The notes beneath the pieces are model-generated. The model did no database searches. It was not told the origin of the DNA and worked only from the letters and a program-made list of their open reading frames with translations. The position numbers and the translations under genes are program-made. DNA of 64,000 nucleotides from the human T2T-CHM13v2.0 reference genome, Homo sapiens: NCBI RefSeq assembly GCF_009914755.1, contig NC_060937.1; one strand, given 5' to 3'. Position 1 is the first letter of the stretch, and each line of letters begins with the position of its first letter. This document shows positions 54,981 to 64,000 of the stretch, piece after piece.

Positions 54981-57325
54981 CAGGCATACCTTCATTTTAT
55001 GGTGATGCCTTCATTATGCTTCACAGATACTGCAATTTTTACAAATTGAAGGTTTGTGACAACCTTGCTTTGAATAATTCTATAGGTGCCATTTTCCCAA
55101 CTGTATGTGCTCACTTCATGTCTCAGTGTCCCATTTTGTTCATTCTCAAAGTATTTCAACTTTTTAAATTATTATTATTTCTGTTATGGTGATCTGTGAT
55201 TGGTGATCTTTAATATTACTATTGCAATTATTTTCAGCCCTATGAATGGCAAAGTTAATCAATAAGTGTTTTGCAAGCTTTACCTGCTCCACCAGCAAGC
55301 TAATTCCTTATCTCTTTCCCTCTCCTTGGGCCTCCCATTAAAATAAAATAACATTCAGCCATTTAATAACTCAACACACACCACTAATTGTTCAATTGCA
55401 AGGAAGAGTTGCATGTCTCTCACGTTAAATAAAAAAGTAACAATGATTAAATTGAGGAAGGCATGTTGAAACCTTAGACAGGCTAACAGCTAGGCCTCTT
55501 GTGCCAAACAGTTAGCCAAGTTGTGACTGCAAATAAAAACTTCTTGAAAGAAATTAAAAATGCTACACCAGTGAACACACAAATGATAAAGAAGCAAATC
55601 AGCCTCATTGCTGACATGAAGAAAGTTTTAGTTGCCTGGATAGAAGATCAAACCAACCACAACATTCCCTTAACCCAAAGCCTAATACAGAGCAAGGACC
55701 TAACACTCTTCAATTCTATGAAGGCTGAGAAAGGCGAAGAAGTTGCAGAATAAAAGTTTGAAGCTAGCAGAGTTTGATTCATGAGGTTTAAGGAAAGAAA
55801 CCATCTCCATAACATAAAAGTGCAAATTTAAGTACCAAGTGCTGGTATAGAAGTGCAGCAAGTTATGCAGAAAATCTAGTCAACATAATTGTTATAGGTG
55901 CCTATCCTAAACAAGAGAATGTAGACAAAACAGCCATTTTTTTGGACAAAGATGCCATCTAAGACTTTCATAGCTAGAAAAGAAAAGTCAATGCCTGGCT
56001 TCAAAGCTTCAAAGGACAGACTGACTCTTCTGTTAGGAGCTAACACAGCTAGTTACTAAGCTGAAGCTTAGTCAAATTAGAATGGTCAAAATTAGACCAT
56101 TCTGAAAATCCCAGGACCCTTAAGAATTATGCTGAATCTACTCTCTGCTCTATCAATGGAACAACAAAACCTGGATGACAACACATCTGTTTACAGCATG
56201 GTTTACTGGGTATTTTAAGCCCAATATTGTGACTTAATGCTTAGATAAAGATTCCTTTCAAAATATTGCTGTCCAATGGCAATGCGCCTGGTCAGCTACA
56301 AGCACTGATAGAGATGTGCAAGGAGATTAATGTTTCCCTGCCTGCTAACACAACATCAATTCTGCAGCCCGAAGGTTATGGAGTAATTTTGACTTTCAAG
56401 TCTTATTATTTAAAAAGTACATTTCATAAGGCTGTGGCTGCCATAAATAATGATTCCACTGATAAATCTGGGCAAAGAAAATTGAAAACCTTTTGGAAGG
56501 TTTCACTATTGTAGATGTCATTAAGAGCATTCATGATTCATGGGAGGAGGTCAACCTATCAACATTAACAGGAGTTGGAAGAAGTTAATCCTGATCCTCA
56601 TGGATGACTTTAGAGCTTTCAAGACTTAAGATTTAAATGAAGGAAGTAACTGCAGATGTGGTAGAAATAGCAAGAGATCTAGAATTCTCTTGTTCTAGAG
56701 CCTGAAGATTTGACTAAATTACTGCACTCTCATGATAAAACTTGAAGGGATGAGAAGCTGCTTCTTGGATGAGCAAAGAAAGTAGTTTATTGAGATGGAA
56801 TATACTTCTGGTGAAGATACTGTGAACACTCTTGGAATAACAGCAAAAGATTTAGAATATTAGATAAACATAGCTAATAAAGAAGTGGTGGAGTTTGACA
56901 GAATTGACTCCAATTTTTAAAGCTTTGCTGTGGCTAAAATGTTATTAAACAGCATTGCATGCTACATAGAAGTCTTTCATGAAAGGCAGAGTCTGTAAAT
57001 GGGGCCAACTTCATTATCTTTTTATAAGAAATTGGCGTAGCAAACTCACCCTTCAGTAACCACCACCCTGATCAGTAATCAGCTGTCAACATGGAGATCC
57101 AACTGTCTACCAGCAAAAAGAATATGATACTGCAGGCTAAGATTATCATTAGTATTTTTAGCAATAAAGTATTTTTAATTAAAGTATGTGCACTTGTTTT
57201 TAGACATAATGCTATTCCACAATGAATAGACTGCAATATAGAGTAAATATAACTTCATATGCACTGGGAAACCAAAAAAGTCATGTGACTTGCTTTATTG
57301 CAATATTTACTATAGTGTGGTGGTC
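54981..57325 (+). mobile_element. Near full-length Tigger1 DNA transposon
   Basis: TA|CAGGCATACCT.. 5' TIR; sequence follows recalled Tigger1 to ..TTTATTGCAATAT..GTGGTGGTC; the 3' TIR is not visible. Confidence 0.93.
55400..56880 (+). pseudogene. Disrupted Tigger1 (pogo/CENP-B-like) transposase
   Basis: ORF fragments 55499-55753 (..[27 protein letters not shown]-type HTH) and 56266-56514 ([28 protein letters not shown]_1-like), separated by stops and frameshifts. Confidence 0.9.
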
Positions 57326-57819
57326 AAATCTAGCACTGAATTTGGTACTACACATTCTCTTTTTAAAAAAAATTATAGATTTACTCCATGTATGTGTATC
57401 TCTAATATTATATTGCCTGGTTCTATTCATTTTTGCATTTTGTATAAATGACTTGTATGTATACAGTTATATATCTATTAAGGGAGATATCATGTCAACA
57501 CATAATCTGGAAAAAGGACTGCCAGATTTACCAAATTCGTCTGAAATATAGCATAAAATATACTTACGTTAAAAATTGTATATATATATATATATATTCC
57601 CTCAGGAATTGTTTTTATTTCTCAATATCATTTTTTTGAGATTAACCTGTGCTTAGGAATGTGACTGTAGTTTTTTTTTCTTTTTTTCACTCCTATATGG
57701 AGTTTCTTAGTCTAGATTAGCCTTATTTTTTAATACCCTCTATTTGTGATAGAGAGTCTAACGTGAATTAATTTATCTATGGTTTGAATATTTTATATTA
57801 AATAAAACATTAAAAGCTT

Positions 57820-58620
57820 AAAGATACATGATGCTTACATGTATAATTACTGGATATTATAAGGCATCAATTCTACAAAATTTGATTCATAAGTTTAATT
57901 CAATTTCAGTACAATTCCAAAAAGTTTATTCATGATACTTGACCAACTGATTCTAAGCTTCTTTTAGAAGTCCAAATGGTCAAAAATAATCCAGAGAATC
58001 CTAAAGGAAAAGAAGCAGAGCAATTTTCCTGGCACACAACATGATTTGTCAAAAATGTTATAACATGCTACAGTATTAATGTGAATAACATGAAATTAAG
58101 ATATTAATATAAAACAGAAATAAAGCATTTAAAGAGAACTGGGAACCATGACTATATGAAAATATGTTACACAACCAAGTTGCTTTGCAGTTCATTGGGG
58201 AGAGGATATCTATTCACTAAATGATATTGAGAAAAATTACTTTTAGGAAACAATGCTCTGTGATTATTTTCACATTTATGCACAGTTCAGACTTTATTAT
58301 TGAATGGGACACATGCCTTAGAATTTAGAGACAATGCATTGCTCAGGAGAGGTTTAAAGGCTCATCTCCTCCATTTGTTCAAGTTCCAAAGGTAATAGAC
58401 TTACAAGTAGAATAATATGTCACACTTTCCACAGTTTCAGGCTTAATTGTTATCCTTTAATAAATGAAAGAGTGGAACTCTACCTCATTGTTTATACAAA
58501 AAATCACTTCAAGTAAATTGCAACTTAAATGTAAAAATCAAATCTCTAGAACTTTAAAATATATGGATTTCATCATGTCAGATAATGAAGGAATTTTCTT
58601 AATTTGGGTTGTCATGGAGT
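57820..58620 (+). mobile_element. Old L1M ORF2 fragments
   Basis: CAATTCTACAAAATTTGATTCATAAGTTTAAT..CTTGACCAACTGATTCTAA..ATACAAAAAATCACTTCAAGTAAATT. Confidence 0.55.
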
Positions 58621-59069
58621 CTAACAGAATTCCTGAAAGTAATAGTGTCATTAAGACATAGCACATGGTGTTTTGCTTGGGGAATTCCTTGTAGTTTCAA
58701 GTATTTTTGACTTTATGGTTTGTACATGAGAATGCTGGTAGATTAAATTAGGAAAATATTTTAGGCATACATGACTAAAAGCCCATAGAGTAATTGGCAA
58801 AGTTGATGTGACAAACTGATAGCAGTGTATAGAATATATAAAATAGTAGGCTGTTGCATTAGTATAGGCAAAATATAATGACAGCCTCAATTAATGTGTT
58901 TGCCAGAGTAATAAAGAAAGGAAAATAGAGGGACATATTTCTAAATAAAGTAGCCAGTCTAAAAGATCATCTTAACAAATACTCTAACCTATGAAACCTC
59001 ATCTGTAAATATTACACTAAAACACTTGTATTTACTTATAGATAGCCCAGTGGAATAATCAATGAGGCA

Positions 59070-59230
59070 GTTGAGTATGGCAGTGTGTATCTCATAGGTC
59101 ATGTTTTAAATAAGGATATAAATTTGGAAGCCATCAAAATGAAGAGTATGAATATGAATGAAATTGTAGAGGAAATATCTATGAGTAGTGAGAAGGTAAC
59201 AGAAAAAAATTGAAGGATTTAATCATTAGA
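59070..59230 (-). mobile_element. L2 fragment
   Basis: GGCAGTTGAGTAT..GATATAAATTTGGAAGCCATCA resembles antisense L2. Confidence 0.5.
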
Positions 59231-59432
59231 AGACCAGAAGTTTTCTCATTCAAGAAGTAAGGCACTTAGTTTAGATAGATTATATGAATTGAAAATGTAA
59301 ACATAAGAAAAATAAAATAGTGCTTTTGCTATCAAAAATTGGAGGATGGAGTATATAGGGATTGATCTGTGAGTAATTTTGATCTGGTTTCTTGTTACTT
59401 ATTAACTCAACAAATATTGAGCTAGGAGAATT

Positions 59433-61188
59433 ATGTATTTCCAGGAATTTTTACCCATCTCCTATAGGTTTTCTAGTTTATGCACATAGTAACTTTGAAT
59501 GATCTTTTCTATTTTTGTGGTGTTGGTTGTAATACCTCCCATTTCATTTCTAGTTGATCTTATCTGGATCTTCTGTCTTTTTTTCTTGGTTAATCTTGCT
59601 AATGGTCTATCACGTTCTTGAAAACATTTTATGTTTTCAAAAAACCAGCTTACTGTTTCATTTATCTTTTGTACTTTTTTTATTTCAATTTCATTTAGTT
59701 CTGTTCTGATCTTGGTTATTTCTTTTCTTCTGCTGGGTTTGAGTGCGGTTTATCCTTGATTCTCTAATTCCTTGAGGTGCAGCCTTAGATTGTCTAATTG
59801 TGCTCTTTCAGATTTTTTGATGTAGGCCTTTAAGGCTGTGAACTTTCCTCCTGGCATCACCTTTGCTGTATCCCAGAGGTTTTGATAGGTTGTGTCACTA
59901 TTATCATTCAGTTCAAAGAATTTCTAATCTCCATCTTGATTTCATTGTTGACCCAATGATCATTCATGAGCAAGTTATTAATTTCCATTATTTGCATGGT
60001 TTTGAGGGTTGCTTTTGGAGTTGACTTCCAATTTTTTTCCACTGTGGTCTGAGAGAGTACTTAATATGATTTCAGTTTTCTTAAATGTATTGAGACTTGT
60101 TTGTGGCCTATCATATGGTCTATCTTGGAAAAAGTTCCATGCTCTGAGGAATAGAATGTATATTCTGTGGTTGTGGGGTAGAATGGTCTGTAAATACCTG
60201 TTAAGTCCCTTGTTCTAGGATATAGTTTAGGTACATTGTTCCTTTGTTGACTTTCTGTCTTGATGACGTGTCCAGTGCTGTCAGTAGAGGATTGAAGTCC
60301 CCCACTAGTGTTGTGTCTATCTCATTTCTTAGGTCTGGTAGTAATTGTTTTATATATTTGGGAGTTCAAATGCTAGATGCATATATATGTAGTATTGTGA
60401 TATTTTCCTGTTGGACAAGACCTTTTTATCATTATATAATGTCCCTCTTGGTCTTTTTTTAACTGCTGTTGTTTTAAAGTTTGTTTTTTCTGATATGAGA
60501 GTAGCTACTCCTGCTCGCTGCTAGTGTCCATTTGCATGGAATGTCTTTTTCCACCCCTTTACCTTAAGTTCATGAGAGTCCTTTTGTGTTAGGTGAGTAT
60601 CTTGAAGTCAGCAGATAGTTGGTTGGTGAATTCTTATCCTTTCTGCAATTCTGTATCTTTTAAATGGAGCATTTAGACCATTTACATTCAATGTTAGTAT
60701 TGAGATATGAGGTACTATTCCATTCTTCATGCTATTTGTTGCCTGAATACTTTGTTGTTTCTGTTGTTGTTGTTGCTGTATTTTTGTTTTATAGGTCCTG
60801 TGAGATTCATGGTTTAAAGAGGTTCCGTTTTGATGTGTTTTCAGTATTTGTTTTAAGATTTAGAGCTCCTTTTAGCAGTTACTGTAGTCCTTGCTTGGTA
60901 GTGGTGAATTCTCTCAGCATTTGTTTCTCTGAAAAAGACTGTATCTTTCCTTCATTCATTAAGTTTAGCTTCCCTAGATACAAAATAGGAGGTTAAAGAC
61001 AGTGCCCCAATCCCTTCTAGCTTGCAGGGTTTCTGCTGAGAAAGCTGCTGTTAATTTGATGCGTTTTCCTTTATAGGTTACCTGGTGCTTTTGCCTCACA
61101 GTTCTTAAGATTCTTTCCTTCATCTTGACTTTTGATAACCTGTTGACTATGTGCCTAGGCAATGATCTTTTTGTGATGAATTTCCCAG
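59433..61188 (-). mobile_element. L1PB inverted segment (end of ORF1 through the ORF2 endonuclease region)
   Basis: Minus ORF 60974-61162 (PRHIVNRLSKVKMKERILRTVRQKHQVTYKGKRIKLTAAFSAETLQARRDW) is L1 ORF1p; the left end encodes ORF2 ENL.EM..F-like sequence. Confidence 0.92.
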
Positions 61189-61699
61189 GAACTCAAATAA
61201 ATTAACCAGAAAAGAACAAACAATCCCATCAAAAAGTGGGCTAGGACATGAATAGACAATTCTCAAAAGAAGATACACAAGTGGCAAACAAACACATGAA
61301 AAAAGACTCAACATTAGTAATGACCATGGAAATGCAAATCAAAACCACAATGTGATACCACCTTACTCCTGCAAGAATGGCCATAATAAAAAAATTAAAA
61401 AATTATAGATTTTGGCATGGATGTGGTGAAAAGGGAACACTTCTACACTGCTGTGGGAACGTAAACTAGTACAACCACTATGGAAAACAGTGTGAGATTC
61501 CTTAAAGAACTGAAAGTAGAACTAACATTTGATCTAACAATCCCATTACTAGGTATCTAACCAGAGGAAGAGAAGTCATCATACAAAAAAGATACTTGCA
61601 CATGCATGTCTATGGCAGCACAATTCACAATTGCAAAAATATGGAACCAGCCCAAATGCTCATCAATCAATGAGTGGATAAAGAAATTGAGGTATATAC

Positions 61700-61740
<41 letters not shown>

Positions 61741-62198
61741 TATACACATATACATATATACGTATATATATGTATACATACATATACATATATATGTATA
61801 TGTGTATATGTGTATATATATATGTAATGGAATACTAGTCACCCATAAAAGCAAAACAAATTAATGACATTTGCAGCAACTTGGATGGAACAGGAGACTA
61901 TTATTCCAAGTGAAGTAACTCAGGAATGGAAAACCAAACATTGCATGTTCTCAGTCATAAGTGGGAGCTAAGCTATGAGGATGCAAAAGCATATGAATGA
62001 TACAATGGACTTTGGGGACTTGAGAGAAAAGATGGGAAGAGGGTGAGGGATAAAAGGCTACAAATTGGGTTCAGTGTATACTGGTCAGTTGATGGGTGCA
62101 CCAAAATCTCACAAATCACCATTAAAAAACTTCCTCATGTAACCAAATACCACTTGTTCCCCCCAAAACCTACAGAAATAAAAAATTAAAAAACAAAC
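61189..62198 (+). mobile_element. L1PB1-like 3' end (ORF2 C-terminus, 3' UTR, A-tail) with internal TA/CA microsatellite at ~61693-61823
   Basis: GAACTCAAATAAATT..CAATCCCATCAAAAAGTGGG..GATGGGTGCACCAAAATCTCACAAATCACC..GAAATAAAAAATT. Confidence 0.92.
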
Positions 62199-62459
62199 AA
62201 CTTAGGCTAAGTTCTTTTGAAGCCCCAATTCTTCTACCTTCATAGATAAAATTATTAAATATCTCATTCATTCCTTTATTACAAGGTTTTGAGTGATACA
62301 TTAAAGCGTATGTGAATAATTTATTAATTCAAACAAATGTAATATAGCAATTGAATATCACAGAAGACTATGTTATAAAATGAAAATTTACTTTATTTGG
62401 CCATAAATGTAATTCTGCAGCTTTTAAATGTTATATTGAAGACACTGATATAAATAACA

Positions 62460-62725
62460 ATAGATCTCATTTATTGAGAGCTTACTATGTGCTGGGGCTG
62501 ATATAAAACATTTACACACGTAGAATTTCATTCTATAACCCTATAAATTGGGCAGTATCTTTATACCCACTTTACTGATAGGGAAATTAAAGTACAAAAT
62601 GGTTATTTTACTTGGAGAAGTCTATTACTTCTCCAAGTAATAGACTAATAGAATACTATTCAATGTTGGAACTAGGTTTTAAACCAGTCATCAGGCTTCA
62701 AAGTCCTCACAACTGACTGCTACAT
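62460..62725 (-). mobile_element. MIR with internal palindromic rearrangement
   Basis: CATTTATTGAGAGCTTACTATGTGC..ACCCACTTTACTGATAGGGAAATTAAAG..CTAGGTTTTAAACCAG. Confidence 0.75.
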
Positions 62726-62789
62726 AAATTTCCCCCCAAAAGAAGATTTACCCTCCAGTCTAGTTTCTACCTAAAGATGGATACTACAG

Positions 62790-62932
62790 AGAGTACTTCA
62801 CAAACTTAATATCCATATGAATTATCTTTGGATCTCGATAAAATCCCAATCCTAACTCAGTAAGTGTGAGGTAGATCCTGAGAATTTACATTTCTGACAA
62901 GCTCCCAAATGTTACTGATGTTGCTGATCCAG
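62790..62932. mobile_element. MER5A (hAT-Charlie) fragment
   Basis: CAAACTT..GAGAATTTACATTTCTGACAAGCTCCCAAATGTTACTGATGTTGCTGATCC. Confidence 0.7.
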
Positions 62933-63893
62933 CTCTAGCCTTTCTGAATCAAGTTTCCTCAAGAAAATTGAAAACTGCTGAGAATGATTTTATTATCTTC
63001 CAAATGCAAGTAAGATAAGTTAATTCATAACATACTATGGAAAATTAGGGGGACCATGATTGAGGGAGATTGCATGACTAAAACGGTTGTTACAGAATCC
63101 TGACAGTGCTCCATTCTAACTTTGTTAGAATGGTAAAATAAGAAAGGGGACACAGAAAAAGATAAGTGGCCTAAGATTTTGATGACATGATGTATATGTT
63201 GATTTGGGTGGAGTAGAAGTATCAAACTTAATGACCTATGAGTAGGTCATTGTTAAGCTAAAATTCAGCTCTCTTTCCTGATTAGGAGAAGAGAAAATTA
63301 TTTTATACTTGGTTTTCTAAAAATCACAGAAATAAATATTTTTATAAAAGCAAACACTATTTTAGCATTTAATTATGTGCCAGAAACTGTTCTAAGAGTG
63401 TTAAATACATTAGTTTATATAATCCTGCCAAACGTAAGTGAAAAACATTATCGGAAAGTAAAAATACACAAAAGATCACTGGATGGTCTTTCAGTGCAGT
63501 GCTTTACTAGACTTTCTATGTACTGGCCTATTTTACAAATTTTTAGTGACAGAGTTCATCGTGACCATTTTGTTCTGGTAGAGGCCCAAGTGTTATGGTT
63601 TCTATTCTTATTGAATATTAACTAGTTTTGTATCCAGCCCAGTAATCTTATTCCTTTATAAATAATGTAGCTTCTCAAATGCTCTTTGAAGGAGTCACAT
63701 TAATATACCTATTAACTCATTAATTCATGAATCAAATATAATATTTCACGCATGTTCATTTTATACGGGTAGCAGAGGTATGTTTTTAAATTTTTGAAAC
63801 TTATGCTTTAACAGTTTTGGAGATCATACATGAACATGCCCAAGTAGTCATACCTAAAAGACATAAGGAAATTATATGGTTAAAGAAGTGTAC

Positions 63894-64000
63894 TGGCAGG
63901 AACTGTGAAGGGTGTGAGATTTTACCGTACAAGTTAACTTGTTAGCTGGTCACATTTCATTGATGCTAGCAGAACATAGGAGATTTCTGGGTCAGAGCAA
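63894..64000 (-). mobile_element. ERVL-class LTR 3' end (MER54/MER74-group-like), runs off the window
   Basis: AGGAACTGTGAAGGGTGTGAGATTTTACC..TGATGCTAGCAGAA..CTGGGTCAGAG resembles the recalled reverse-complement terminus. Confidence 0.55.

Overview
AT-rich, CpG-poor primate (hominoid, probably human) genomic DNA; no intact protein-coding gene, RNA gene or CRISPR array is supportable. The window is an intergenic/intronic transposon graveyard: Alus of J, S and Y age (including one consensus-like AluY with a 17-bp TSD), two complete MaLR proviruses (MLT1F-like, MSTB1-like), several solo LTRs with visible TSDs, a near full-length Tigger1, MER1A/MER2/MER3/MER5A DNA elements, old L1/L2/MIR fragments and a 5'-inverted L1PB. 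The least obvious structure is a highly decayed class III (ERV-L-like) provirus on the minus strand (~20.9-31.6 kb), whose protease, RT, RNase H, integrase and dUTPase-like motifs can still be read in order and which is followed by ~2.5 kb of unexplained, possibly env-like sequence. A second ERV-L LTR+gag remnant carries a pure (CAG)16 tract and a copy of its own LTR end inserted into gag. Several small template-switch-like hairpins and local duplications are also visible. Repeat subfamily names come from my recall of consensus sequences, not from a search.
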